Notes under the pieces: model-generated
Databases searched by the model: none
What the model was told of the DNA's origin: nothing
The model's input: only the letters and a program-made list of their open reading frames with translations
Made by a program: the position numbers and the translations under genes
Origin: a virus
Length of the DNA: 64,000 nucleotides
Virus record (IMG/VR): IMGVR_UViG_3300032334_001950
Location: 8,254 to 72,253 of that record
Reading direction: 5' to 3' (one strand)
Shown: positions 1 to 9,331 of the stretch, piece by piece
How the letters are laid out: the number at the start of each line of letters is the position of its first letter
Numbering within the stretch: the stretch's first letter is position 1

Positions 1-405
1 ATTGCATCTATTAGGTTAAAAACTTCTCCCAACAATCTTGATGCAATCATTATTCTTACAGCTTTGTCGATACTTGGCACAGGAAATGGAACCAATTACA
101 ATTGGAGGATTGTTGCCAGTGGTACAACAACTGGCGGCACCTGGATTAGCGCAGGAAGCAACTCTTCGGTTGAATACAACATTACAGGGACCAGTTTTTC
201 TGGGGGCAGGGTACTGGGATCCGGCTACACTAATTCTTCTAATCAGGGTACAACATCTGTAGATATTTTAAGAGAAGCTCTATTTAAATTTCAATTAGAA
301 CGGGATACATTTACATCAACGGCATTTGAACTTACCTTAGCTGTTACAAGTGATGGTGGTGGAAGTATTTTTGCTTCTTTAGATTGGGAGGAAATTTCAA
401 GGTGA
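1..405 (+). CDS. C-terminal part of a virion structural protein (5' end outside window)
   Basis: Frame is open from base 1 (IASIRLKTSP...) to TGA 405; the SIRL...WEE pattern resembles the C-terminus of 59071-62028 (LLSIRLA...ISWTEAQA). Confidence 0.65.
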   Translation: MASIRLKTSPNNLDAIIILTALSILGTGNGTNYNWRIVASGTTTGGTWISAGSNSSVEYNITGTSFSGGRVLGSGYTNSSNQGTTSVDILREALFKFQLERDTFTSTAFELTLAVTSDGGGSIFASLDWEEISR

Positions 406-420
406 GTCGTTGCTGAGGTT

Positions 421-756
421 TTATTCCTCGTCAATTGTTTTTTCAATTTGTGTAAGACGCTCCAATATTTTACCTATATGAACGTTATCAAGCCGCTCCA
501 AATCCAAGTTTTCGATTGCCCGCTTGCGGTCTAGCTCCGACTGGCGGGCAGCGGAAATTAAAAGAACTGGACCGGTATAAGCGGCTTGAAGGCTGAGCAT
601 AAAATTTAAGAGCATATAGGGGTATCTATCGGGTTTTAGGGGACTGAACGTATTCAAACAAAGCCAAAATACAATGGCAGCTGTCTGAATGCCAACAAAT
701 CGCCAAGAACCGATACCATTTGCAACAGCATCCGCCAACCTTTCTCCTATAGTCAT
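421..756 (-). CDS. DUF1003-like small membrane protein
   Basis: GERLADAVA..GSWRF..two hydrophobic segments..YPY.LLN..LSLQAAYTGPVLL pattern. Confidence 0.75.
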   Translation of the reverse strand: MTIGERLADAVANGIGSWRFVGIQTAAIVFWLCLNTFSPLKPDRYPYMLLNFMLSLQAAYTGPVLLISAARQSELDRKRAIENLDLERLDNVHIGKILERLTQIEKTIDEE

Positions 757-822
757 AACAAAAATCCGCCTTTCCTATATTCTAGGAGAGACGGATTTGC
801 GTTCTTGTTTTATATTTAATAA

Positions 823-1020
823 TTACGCCGCTTCTTCCTCTTCTTCAGGCAGCATTGAAAACACGTTTTCCTGTTGCAAAAAGCGCTCCAGGTCCATCTT
901 GCATTTCCAGTAGCCATCTGCAAACTCATCACCGATCATCGGTTGCCCCAGGAGCAGGGTATAATTCCGGGTCAGGTGACGCAACATCTTCTTGGTGTTG
1001 GCCGAGGTAACTTTTGCCAT
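823..1020 (-). CDS. hypothetical protein (65 aa)
   Basis: ATG at 1020 within the 823-1104 ORF; acidic C-terminus; overlaps the 3' end of the AbrB-like gene. Confidence 0.45.
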   Translation of the reverse strand: MAKVTSANTKKMLRHLTRNYTLLLGQPMIGDEFADGYWKCKMDLERFLQQENVFSMLPEEEEEAA

Positions 1021-1198
1021 AGGTTTTGGGAAGATCTTCTTGAGAAAAGGGAATAGTAGAAATACTGAAGCTGCCATCGTCGAGTTCACGGAAGAATAAC
1101 TCATCGCCTTCTTTCCAGCCCAGACGATCTACCAGTTCATCGGGGAAGACAATAGTGCCATCCTCGTCAACCGGCAAACTATAAACAGGGTTACTCAT
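929..1198 (-). CDS. AbrB/MazE/SpoVT-like DNA-binding protein
   Basis: VDEDGTIVFPDELVDRLGWKEGDELFF motif; ATG at 1198 overlaps the upstream stop. Confidence 0.7.
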   Translation of the reverse strand: MSNPVYSLPVDEDGTIVFPDELVDRLGWKEGDELFFRELDDGSFSISTIPFSQEDLPKTYGKSYLGQHQEDVASPDPELYPAPGATDDR

Positions 1199-1505
1199 CT
1201 TTAAGTGTGGCACCAGCAAAATACTCTTGGACAACCTCTGCAAGCATAAGTTTCAGCTCATTTTTGTTAACAAACCCGCATGGATCAAACCCGTCAGATT
1301 TTGTAATGCCGTTATCAGCTTCGTAGTGCTGGTTGGCAATATAAAGCAAATCTCCAGTGACATCGTAAACTTGCTTGCCATTGATGTCTTGAAAAGCAAA
1401 ACAGTGGTTTTCTGCGATTCGCATCAGCGAAGCGTAGGCCAGGGCAACTGTCGTAAAGGATACTTTGTACCCTTCTGGATCCTTGAGGAAATACTGATCG
1501 GCCAT
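1191..1505 (-). CDS. hypothetical protein
   Basis: 104-aa ORF coupled to the next gene; TAAACT -10-like hexamer upstream. Confidence 0.6.
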   Translation of the reverse strand: MADQYFLKDPEGYKVSFTTVALAYASLMRIAENHCFAFQDINGKQVYDVTGDLLYIANQHYEADNGITKSDGFDPCGFVNKNELKLMLAEVVQEYFAGATLKDE

Positions 1506-1593
1506 GGGAGGGCAGGCAGGACGTTGGTAGTTTACCGTGGCGTGAAGCAGAGAGCAACGCCTAATTTGAAAAAAATTAGGAGTTGGTTAGGAG

Positions 1594-1621
1594 TTGACTT
1601 CCGAGGTAAATACGCTATGAT
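1594..1621 (+). promoter_or_regulatory. sigma70-type promoter driving the structured RNA
   Basis: TTGACT (1594-1599) N16 TATGAT (1616-1621); no credible plus-strand ORF downstream. Confidence 0.65.
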
Positions 1622-1627
1622 ATTACC

Positions 1628-1858
1628 GATGCACGTAGCGCGTTGGGCCCATAGCCCAAAAGGCGGCGTGTCAACACCGAGGTAGCTCCTCATATGTAAG
1701 GTCGCTCCTTACAGTGTACCTCCGGCTAAACGGAGGGGTGCGTTCATTAACCTTATAAATGAACCCAGCGGGAAAGGGACCCGCGCCTCAACGCTAAGCC
1801 AAATGGTTAGGCAATCCGACAAGGGGTCCTGTACCTGGTTCGATTCCAGGAGCGTTGA
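1628..1858 (+). ncRNA. putative structured non-coding RNA of unknown class
   Basis: Stems 1631-36/1666-71, 1643-47/1655-59, 1679-84/1717-22, 1695-1701/1707-13, 1742-48/1758-64, 1768-72/1780-84, then a tRNA-like domain and a T-rich run. Confidence 0.55.
1789..1858 (+). tRNA. tRNA-like element with degenerate anticodon arm (no assignable anticodon, no encoded CCA)
   Basis: Acceptor CAACGCT/AGCGTTG, D-arm GCC-AAATGGTTA-GGC, T-arm CCTGG-TTCGATT-CCAGG; anticodon arm is only about 4 bp with a 6-nt loop. Confidence 0.55.
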
Positions 1859-1865
1859 TTTTTGT

Positions 1866-2393
1866 TTAAGTTGATTCTTCTAATCCTTTACGTATAATGG
1901 CCCATTCTTTTGGTGTTGGCCACCAGCCACCTTCATGTTTGTTTAACAATTCCAATGCTTGTTCTTTGTTGGTAAGCACAGGAGGTTTCCAATCATGAGT
2001 ATGCAACCAAGGCATGTTTTCTTGAACAGAACTCCAGCGAATTGGTACTATATAACCGTACAAAACACTTTGGATATGTACATGCCCATGTCTGTTACCA
2101 TCTTTTTCAGTAGGCTTTCTATCTGTAATCCATGGGCATGACTCCCACCATGCAACACTTGGATATTCATCATCCTTAGTTGGTTCAATTGTTTCTAACG
2201 GTAATATTTCTACAACATCACGAAAATTTTCTTCTTTATTAATAAAATAATACCCATCATCTGTATAATTACGCGAGCCAGCTTCGTGAGGATAACAACA
2301 AGTTCCCATAAATTTTGTTTGATATTCAACAATTTCTCCAGTGCGAAGACGTACCTTCTGCCCTGGCACACAAGTGTTCAAGTTAACAGTCAT
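1866..2393 (-). CDS. hypothetical phage protein (modular)
   Basis: 175 aa, AT-rich; C-terminal KEQALELL...IIRKGLEE module shared with 14799-15131. Confidence 0.7.
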   Translation of the reverse strand: MTVNLNTCVPGQKVRLRTGEIVEYQTKFMGTCCYPHEAGSRNYTDDGYYFINKEENFRDVVEILPLETIEPTKDDEYPSVAWWESCPWITDRKPTEKDGNRHGHVHIQSVLYGYIVPIRWSSVQENMPWLHTHDWKPPVLTNKEQALELLNKHEGGWWPTPKEWAIIRKGLEEST

Positions 2394-2444
2394 GATTGTT
2401 AATGCGATGGTAAATGAATCAGAATAAAAACTAAATCAATCATT

Positions 2445-3035
2445 TCATATTGTTTTTCTGCGTTCGTAAACCAGCGAATACGATTGCACCAATTGCGCTT
2501 GCCCTGGTGCCCCCGGAGCATCAGCAATCAAGTCGGAACGCAACCGATCTTTATCAGGTAGTTTCTCTTGCTTGACCTCCAGCACATGGCCATCGCGGAT
2601 CCTGGTAACAGTTGTCACTTTTTCCAGGCCATATTCCTGTTGGTCCTCTTCAGCCCATAGCTGCCAGTTGTCCACCAACTTAGGCTTGGCGCGACGAATC
2701 ACAGCCTGATACTTGTTGCCCTTGATCTTGTTGTCAATCAACCCCTGCTGATAGACGTGCTTAATGATCTGCACAATCTTTTCTTTGTTGGATACCCACG
2801 CATCCTTGGCCTCTTTGATTTCATTTAACTCCTCTTCTAACATTTGAATGTTGCGATCACAGCTCTTAATCAGGTCTACGATCGCATCAAACTTAGATGC
2901 CTGGCGAGAAGTTAAAGCTGCGATGTACTGCTCCAATCGATCCTTTTCATCGTCGGTAACATCCGGTAATTCGGTTGTAAATTTGACGTTGACGAGAGAT
3001 TCAGAAAGTTGTTGGTAGGTTGTGGGGTCAGCCAT
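2445..3035 (-). CDS. Siphovirus Gp157-like coiled-coil protein
   Basis: Helical heptad-rich N-half and C-terminal PDKDRLRSDL...APGQAQLVQ motif. Confidence 0.6.
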   Translation of the reverse strand: MADPTTYQQLSESLVNVKFTTELPDVTDDEKDRLEQYIAALTSRQASKFDAIVDLIKSCDRNIQMLEEELNEIKEAKDAWVSNKEKIVQIIKHVYQQGLIDNKIKGNKYQAVIRRAKPKLVDNWQLWAEEDQQEYGLEKVTTVTRIRDGHVLEVKQEKLPDKDRLRSDLIADAPGAPGQAQLVQSYSLVYERRKTI

Positions 3036-3557
3036 GTTTTTGTGTAGTGTGGAAATTTTGTAGGGCGAGAGTGTCTGCCTACGATAAATTTACGATGCAG
3101 CCGAGGGGACTCTTCGTTTAATGCAACGTTCCTTGTTGCACCCCCATAACTTAAAAAAGATTAAGTTAACTGAGCAAACCAGTCATAGCAACGGATCTGC
3201 CGTTTACTTTAAAAAAGTACGTTTAAAAGCGTCCCACATATGATTAAGACGCTTTTCTCCTACATCAAAAGGACGATCAACTTTTTGAGCTTCTACTATC
3301 GAATAAATTTCATCTTGAATAATAGAGCGGAGAAAATCAATTTGCCTGTCAGTCATCAGATTGCTCAATAGTTGGAAGAGATGGACCAAGGCTTTCTAGC
3401 CAGCACAGCATGCACCAGTTACCTTCATAATTTTTAATGTTGCTGCTAATGTAGTGTTCATGTGTGCCGTGCTTAGAACACACAATTTGTTTTTTAGAAA
3501 CCTTGAAGTTTAAAAATTCAGTCATTTGATTGTGATGGTTTGTTTAAGATAAAAAAA

Positions 3558-3698
3558 TCAGCCTTTCCCTTGCCCCCTGCTGGGCTTTTTTCGTTGCACC
3601 TTCCAAGATCCACGCTTGCGCTTGCCTTGACCGACCGAGGTGCGCTTGGGCTTGGATTCGATGTGAGCATTTCCGCCGCTGAATGATTTTGCAGCCAT
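3558..3698 (-). CDS. small basic protein (46 aa)
   Basis: MAAKSFSGGNAHIESKPKRTSVGQGKRKRGSWKVQRKKPSRGQGKG; ATG at 3698. Confidence 0.6.
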   Translation of the reverse strand: MAAKSFSGGNAHIESKPKRTSVGQGKRKRGSWKVQRKKPSRGQGKG

Positions 3699-3815
3699 GG
3701 GACCCGTGGTGTGGACCAGGACAGCATAGCAACAAACCAGCAGCCCTCTTAAAAAATTGATACAATACTTAAGATTTTTTGGAAGTAGGATTGCAGGGTA
3801 GTCCGCATCAAGGCA

Positions 3816-4061
3816 ATGGGATTTGAAGTGATCGAGGTTCCATTCCAGCCCGACGACTTTACTCAAACAGTCGAAGACGAATTTACTCTCGTTAAAATTA
3901 AAAACGAAATAGAAAGTACAACCGATATTGCTACACTTAAAAAAGGTGCAATCCTCCTGGCGGAATTAGCAATCATGCGCCAAGGCTTGATCCGTGGTCT
4001 CGTGCGTAGGCTCGCGGACTACGATTGCCAAGCCATCCACACCAAATACAAGGACTCCTGA
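3816..4061 (+). CDS. hypothetical protein
   Basis: 81-aa ORF with helical character. Confidence 0.6.
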   Translation: MGFEVIEVPFQPDDFTQTVEDEFTLVKIKNEIESTTDIATLKKGAILLAELAIMRQGLIRGLVRRLADYDCQAIHTKYKDS

Positions 4062-4105
4062 ACCTAATCAAAGTAGAATATCAAAAGCAAACAACAGAAA
4101 ATACG

Positions 4106-5491
4106 GTGCCTGATTACTCAGAAATGCTCGATGATTGGCAGCGTCGCCTAGAAGCTGCGCCAACATTTGGTCCCACTTTTGAGGGGTTTGATTATAAAAC
4201 GCCAGAATACAATAGGCTTACCGAAACTCAATTGGCATTAGAAGATCTTTCCGCCAATGAGAATGCAAGCCCTGCTGTAGTCAAAAGAGCGGCCAACCAA
4301 TTTAAAGATGCTTTCATTGCAAATAGACAAAATTTACAGGCGCAACTTGGGCCAAGCGTTACTCCGGTCAATGAATTACTAGATAGATTCTATGCGGCAT
4401 CCCCTGGGGCGGCTAATTTTAGGGCGAGAGGAGTACCTGACGATTACAGGCACGAAATCTATAGCCATTTATACCCTTGGGAGGCTAATTTATCCCCAGA
4501 TTATCGCAATTTTCAAGGCAATGAATTAAATTTACAAGCATCACCAATTACCCCCCTAAATGAAGGGGTTGCGGTCTGGACAGATAGGGGGATGGCTAAG
4601 CGAAACTCCCTTAGAGGTTTACCTGCGAATGATCCAGCAAATATTGGAAATTATTTCAAAGATTTTGTTGGCATAGTAGCAGAAGATGATGATGCGTATG
4701 CAATTCCAGGAGGGGAAGAGATTTGGCGTAAGCAATACGGTGAGGGCAAAGATCAAAGTCAAAAATTAGCGGATATTGGCGCACTTTACAGGGAAAAATA
4801 CATAGAGCCAGCAACGCAACGTTTTCAGAACCTAGCACGGGCGCAGGCCCCCATGGCAGAGGCTGCGTTGAGAGGGTACAACGGTGCATCTAGAGCCCTA
4901 TCCGAGCACCTAATGTCTTATGTTGATCTTGCCAATAACGAACTTATACAGTCCGGTCAACGCGCACCATTTGACAATGCATTTGTTGAACGCAACCTTC
5001 TGTATGGCACTGACCCAGTAACAGCCGGACTTCAAGGTGCAAAAGAAATGTTACGTGCAGCGCCGGCAGGTCTTGCTGGTGGGGCAGCATTAAGTGCATT
5101 GTCCCCTGATGTAGCACGATCAGTAGCACAAGGTAAGTATGGCCAAGCTGCCACACAAACCGTAAAAGATTTAGCTGGGGGAGCAGCTGCTGATTTGGCA
5201 ATACGTTCTGCAGGACAGGGGCTTCAACGTGTCGCCCCTCAGATAGCAGCGCGGGTTAACCCTCTAGTAGCAGCCGCCGCTGATGTTGCGGTACCAGCGG
5301 CAGTTGGTGCAGGTCTCTTTATGCAAGGACAGAAAGGCTCCCCTCTAAATACCCTGGTCAATGCCGCATCCAATACACCCTTCGGATTGAAGGTAAATCT
5401 CAAAACGGATATAGGACGCATGGCCGGCAATGAGCTGCAATACGCTTTAGGTCGATTGTTGGGCGGGAAGATCCCCTATATGGGTCGTTAA
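4106..5491 (+). CDS. hypothetical protein, Ala-rich C-terminal region with RMAG motif; possible virion-internal protein
   Basis: GTG at 4106 is 26 nt after TAGAAT (4074-4079); plus-strand gene inside the minus-strand block. Confidence 0.7.
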   Translation: MPDYSEMLDDWQRRLEAAPTFGPTFEGFDYKTPEYNRLTETQLALEDLSANENASPAVVKRAANQFKDAFIANRQNLQAQLGPSVTPVNELLDRFYAASPGAANFRARGVPDDYRHEIYSHLYPWEANLSPDYRNFQGNELNLQASPITPLNEGVAVWTDRGMAKRNSLRGLPANDPANIGNYFKDFVGIVAEDDDAYAIPGGEEIWRKQYGEGKDQSQKLADIGALYREKYIEPATQRFQNLARAQAPMAEAALRGYNGASRALSEHLMSYVDLANNELIQSGQRAPFDNAFVERNLLYGTDPVTAGLQGAKEMLRAAPAGLAGGAALSALSPDVARSVAQGKYGQAATQTVKDLAGGAAADLAIRSAGQGLQRVAPQIAARVNPLVAAAADVAVPAAVGAGLFMQGQKGSPLNTLVNAASNTPFGLKVNLKTDIGRMAGNELQYALGRLLGGKIPYMGR

Positions 5492-5500
5492 CTTACCCAC

Positions 5501-5526
5501 AAAAAAGGGGGAGTGTTACCTCCCCC
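5501..5526 (-). terminator. intrinsic terminator
   Basis: GGGGGAG/CTCCCCC stem followed by T6 on the minus strand, between convergent genes. Confidence 0.75.
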
Positions 5527-5532
5527 ACAAGA

Positions 5533-6459
5533 TCAGAAGCTTATTTCTCCCGTGTCAGCATCCCTGGCTCCAAGCAATGCACGGGTGCTACCACCACTCG
5601 ATTCGATCGGAGGCAAGCTCAGGTCCACACCGGGCTTCAGGGCATGAACCCCTAGCTCCCTAGCACACTGCGCAAAGAAACTGGCGGCGTAAATAGTGGG
5701 AGGGCAGGTCGTCCACACGTCCTCAATGAAGTCGATATCTTCTGCCTTTTTAGGGAAGAAATCACCAACGGTTTTGGCAGTAGGTACAACCCAGGACTCA
5801 GGGTAGCTGATCCAGCTCTTGGCTTTATCACCACCGTACAGCTGGGAGCCGAACGTAGGAGTAAAGATTGCAGCTGCCGTCTGCTTAGGATCAAATCCGG
5901 TAGCAGCCTTCAGCCCCATGGCATCCGCAAAGGCAGACTCCAACTGCTCAATGAAGTTCTGGTAAGCATCACAGAACAAGTTGGATGCACCGCCGTGGAT
6001 TGAGAGGATCAACGGTTTTTTGTGGACTGCAACCCCATTGGCATCTACTAGGAAGATCAGGACCAGGCGACGACGACGGTAGGGGCTGGGCTGACCGGGG
6101 TTCTCTTCCTCCCACTTGTCGTAGAGGGCAGAATCACGGGGGTACATTCCCTCGATGGCGCTCTCCTTGGAGTTTTCGATGAAGGTGACATCCTTACGGA
6201 AACCACAATGGATCACAATCATGCGGGGAGTCTTAAAGAAAAGCCCTTCATTCTTGTCACCATTGTTGTACACATGGGTGTACTCCTTGGCATCTGGGAA
6301 CTGCTTTACGTTCCCGGTCCAGCCAATACGGGACAGCGCAGTATCTTTCAGAAATAAGCCTGACTGGCTTTTGTCATTGAGGATCTGTGCATTGACAAGA
6401 TCACGCATTACACCCTGATACTTTTCGGTGTTCAGATAACGGTCAAGTACGCCTGGCAT
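5533..6459 (-). CDS. conserved hypothetical protein in replication/recombination module (DUF5895-like)
   Basis: 308-aa ORF next to SSB; family recalled from resemblance only. Confidence 0.55.
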   Translation of the reverse strand: MPGVLDRYLNTEKYQGVMRDLVNAQILNDKSQSGLFLKDTALSRIGWTGNVKQFPDAKEYTHVYNNGDKNEGLFFKTPRMIVIHCGFRKDVTFIENSKESAIEGMYPRDSALYDKWEEENPGQPSPYRRRRLVLIFLVDANGVAVHKKPLILSIHGGASNLFCDAYQNFIEQLESAFADAMGLKAATGFDPKQTAAAIFTPTFGSQLYGGDKAKSWISYPESWVVPTAKTVGDFFPKKAEDIDFIEDVWTTCPPTIYAASFFAQCARELGVHALKPGVDLSLPPIESSGGSTRALLGARDADTGEISF

Positions 6460-6532
6460 TGTTCGAGTACGTTTGGGACAAAGCCAACCCCAATCGGGGC
6501 CAGCTGGTGCCAGCCTAGATCACGGCGGGCAC

Positions 6533-6573
6533 AAAAAAATGGGCAACCTGTAAATTTTTCTTACAAGTTGCCC
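6533..6573 (-). terminator. intrinsic terminator after SSB
   Basis: GGGCAAC..TGTAA/TTACA..GTTGCCC hairpin followed by a T run on the minus strand. Confidence 0.6.
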
Positions 6574-6650
6574 AAATTGTATTAGTTAAACTTATGAGAC
6601 CATCCTTTAATAACGCATTGCCCAATTAAAGGATGAGCCCTTTACCTTTC

Positions 6651-7337
6651 TTACATAGGAATCCTTTCTTCATCAACAACCTTAACCGCTGCTCGTTTCA
6701 CCACATGGGAAGTTGCCGCAGCAGGCTCTTCCGTAGCTTCTTGGCGGTTCTTATTCTTACCGAAGACGCTATAAAGCCCAGACCGTACATGAAACTGGTA
6801 CGATCCACGCTCCTGTCCATCTTTTGCTGTCCAAGTGTTATAACGCAACGTAGCCTCCAATGCCATCTGGCGCCCAACATGGATCAATTGTTCCAGCCGC
6901 CGCGCATCATCGTGCCATGCCACCATCTTAAAACTGAGACTATCGTCCCAATTATGGTTCAACAATGTTTGCCCCGGTGCAGAACACATCAAACTGAACG
7001 CCAATAAATCCTCCCGTGTCTTTTCATTGATGAAGCCAACACCACCAGCAAGATGCACCACGTTAAGGACAGGCCCACCCAAAACTTGGATAGGTTGGTT
7101 CGGTACCAAGTACATCTTGTAATCTTGCCGATTGGGGTACAACCGACCACTGATCAATAGCTTCACCCCAGGCTGGAATACATCAAATGTTTCACCTGCA
7201 GCCCGATTCGGAACAACGTAAAGCGGGACCTCTGCGCTGCTTCCTTTGTGACCCGGCAAGTTAACCTGCATAAAACGCAACCCGCTTTCCGTAAAATGCT
7301 CGCCCTTGTAGGTGCCGGTTGCCAGTAGCGTGTTCAT
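6651..7337 (-). CDS. ssb: single-stranded DNA-binding protein (two OB-fold-like halves)
   Basis: LHVGRQ-like ..EATLRYNTWTAKDGQERG motif; acidic tail DEERIPM. Confidence 0.7.
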   Translation of the reverse strand: MNTLLATGTYKGEHFTESGLRFMQVNLPGHKGSSAEVPLYVVPNRAAGETFDVFQPGVKLLISGRLYPNRQDYKMYLVPNQPIQVLGGPVLNVVHLAGGVGFINEKTREDLLAFSLMCSAPGQTLLNHNWDDSLSFKMVAWHDDARRLEQLIHVGRQMALEATLRYNTWTAKDGQERGSYQFHVRSGLYSVFGKNKNRQEATEEPAAATSHVVKRAAVKVVDEERIPM

Positions 7338-7358
7338 GTTTTCTTTAGATTTGGTTGG

Positions 7359-7808
7359 TTAATGGTCGATTGTCTGGAGCTGGACGCCAGCCTCCTCAAA
7401 GAGCCTAGCAGCCAACAAGAAGTTCTCCAGCCACCGCTCCGGGATTCCTCCCCTGGCGCTGACATAAACTTCGGCGGTCCCTGCATTGATCAAAGCAGCA
7501 GCACACCTACTGCAAGGATGAAAAGTTGTATAAGCAGTAGAACCCTCCGTGGAAATACCGTGGAGTGCTGCAGTGATGATTGCGTTGGTCTCTGCATGGA
7601 TGGTTGCTTCATACTTGAATTCACGATCATTGAGACGATTCAAATCATCACTAATGTTTTGCGGGAATCCGTTATATCCAGTGCTGATTATCTTCTTGTC
7701 CTTAACAAGAACACAGCCAACCTTGGTACTAGGATCCCTACTCCACGTAGCAATTTCATTCGCTATTCGCATAAAGCGAACGTGCCACTTCTCTTCTTTG
7801 TTATTCAT
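7359..7808 (-). CDS. dCMP deaminase
   Basis: SRDPSTKVGC, TGYNGFP, HAETNA and PCSRC zinc-deaminase motifs. Confidence 0.92.
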   Translation of the reverse strand: MNNKEEKWHVRFMRIANEIATWSRDPSTKVGCVLVKDKKIISTGYNGFPQNISDDLNRLNDREFKYEATIHAETNAIITAALHGISTEGSTAYTTFHPCSRCAAALINAGTAEVYVSARGGIPERWLENFLLAARLFEEAGVQLQTIDH

Positions 7809-7975
7809 TTAGCAAAAGAAGCCTCCAATCTTTCAAGGATCACCTCCTCAATGATTACCTGGCGACCAATCAAAACATTGATGAATTTGGTCAATTGATC
7901 ACTCATTTGCTGCAACTCTTCGTTGCCCAAATCATGGAGTGAAGCACGGATGCAGTTTTCGTTTGTGGCGTCCAT
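7805..7975 (-). CDS. hypothetical protein (56 aa, below track cutoff)
   Basis: MDATNENCIRASLHDLGNEELQQ...; stop overlaps the deaminase ATG. Confidence 0.55.
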   Translation of the reverse strand: MDATNENCIRASLHDLGNEELQQMSDQLTKFINVLIGRQVIIEEVILERLEASFAK

Positions 7976-8074
7976 GGTGTGGATGCAGGACGGACCCAGC
8001 GTACCGCATGATCAGCCAGGCGTCCATTACGATTCATCAACAGTAGAATTGAAATCATAGGCAGTGACTGCAAA

Positions 8075-9304
8075 GTGGCGTTATTTCCCGGTACAAACTT
8101 TAATTATTTTGGTAGCCAACAAAACACAGATGATGCCGACGAGTGGAATAACGTCCCACAAGATAGTACAATATCTTTCGATCCAAGCTCACTGGACAAA
8201 TCTGCAGGGAATTTCGGTGGTCAATATAGAGATGTAGCACTTGATCCCGGTCAATTTGCTAGGGCTTTTGCGCAGAAAATTTCCCAGGGTTACGGGGCAG
8301 TTGATAGGGCGTTAGGGGGAGTTTTGCCTGGTGGTGCAGATAGCCCATATATTGGGGCATCTACTACAGCGGCTGGACGCAAGGGTGCAGTTGACGCAGC
8401 AAGTACCTGGGCTGTAGATGCTGCGTTACCGTTGGCGAATAAAGCCGCACTTGCCCTAGTCGACAGGGCCCAGAAGAACCCGGCAGCACAAATATCATTG
8501 CAAACGTTGAATGATATTCGACAAAGAGTAAGCAACACACTTGGTAAAGATGTCGTAGCATACGTCGGGCCAAAACAGTATCCCCATTTTGATCCATCAG
8601 ATGAATTTTCAAAGGGGCCTGCTATCGCCTTACGGCCCTCCACACCCACTACAGATTTGGGCATTATGCTATATGGGTCTAAACCGCAAAATCTTAGAGA
8701 ATTTGAAAATACGCTTGTCCACTCACCCATAGCTTTACATGAGTTGGGGCATGCACTTAATACAGGAGACCCATTTGCAAATAGATTAGCAGAATCTCGA
8801 AACATGGATATCAATCGATTTACAGGGTATAGTCGCACGCCAAATTACATAGCAGGTATTGGGGCGGCCACTTCAGATAAAAACGGAAACAAAAGTCTTT
8901 TGGCATCGGGCATACAGGGAGCCTTAGAATATTTAGCCGCGCCAGGCACTCGGCATACGCTTGCAGAAGAAGCTTTGGCAAGCAGAAATGCAATAAATCT
9001 TGCTGATGAATTTAATTTACCTCGTGGCATTCCGGGACTTGGGGCTGCTTTTGGTACGTATGCTACATCTAGGGCCATGCCAGGATTCACTACGGGAGTC
9101 GCGTCTGAATTAGTCACACGCGGGGCTAGAGCATTTGGCAATGCAATTGGTGATTACATTATTGACCCGATAGGTGACCGCATTAGGGGAAATGACTACA
9201 ATCCCCTTGAACAACAATTGCGCAAGTACGGATACAATGAAAAAGATTACAGGTTAGCCCAGCCAGGCGGATTTGGTGCACCTGTCCAAGTGCAGCACAA
9301 GTAG
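8075..9304 (+). CDS. putative zinc metallopeptidase-domain protein
   Basis: LHELGHA (HExxH) plus downstream EEALASRNA; GTG start 25 nt after TAGAAT. Confidence 0.6.
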   Translation: MALFPGTNFNYFGSQQNTDDADEWNNVPQDSTISFDPSSLDKSAGNFGGQYRDVALDPGQFARAFAQKISQGYGAVDRALGGVLPGGADSPYIGASTTAAGRKGAVDAASTWAVDAALPLANKAALALVDRAQKNPAAQISLQTLNDIRQRVSNTLGKDVVAYVGPKQYPHFDPSDEFSKGPAIALRPSTPTTDLGIMLYGSKPQNLREFENTLVHSPIALHELGHALNTGDPFANRLAESRNMDINRFTGYSRTPNYIAGIGAATSDKNGNKSLLASGIQGALEYLAAPGTRHTLAEEALASRNAINLADEFNLPRGIPGLGAAFGTYATSRAMPGFTTGVASELVTRGARAFGNAIGDYIIDPIGDRIRGNDYNPLEQQLRKYGYNEKDYRLAQPGGFGAPVQVQHK

Positions 9305-9331
9305 AATTGAACCATCAACAATAGAAGTACA

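Noticed and set aside
1227-1685. 152-aa plus-strand ORF crossing the ncRNA promoter
   Set aside because: Mostly antisense to the coupled gene 1191-1505, with no protein-like features
1628-1858. tmRNA
   Set aside because: No GGGGC 5' end or G3.U70 alanine identity pair, no tag reading frame, and the acceptor stem is local rather than end-to-end
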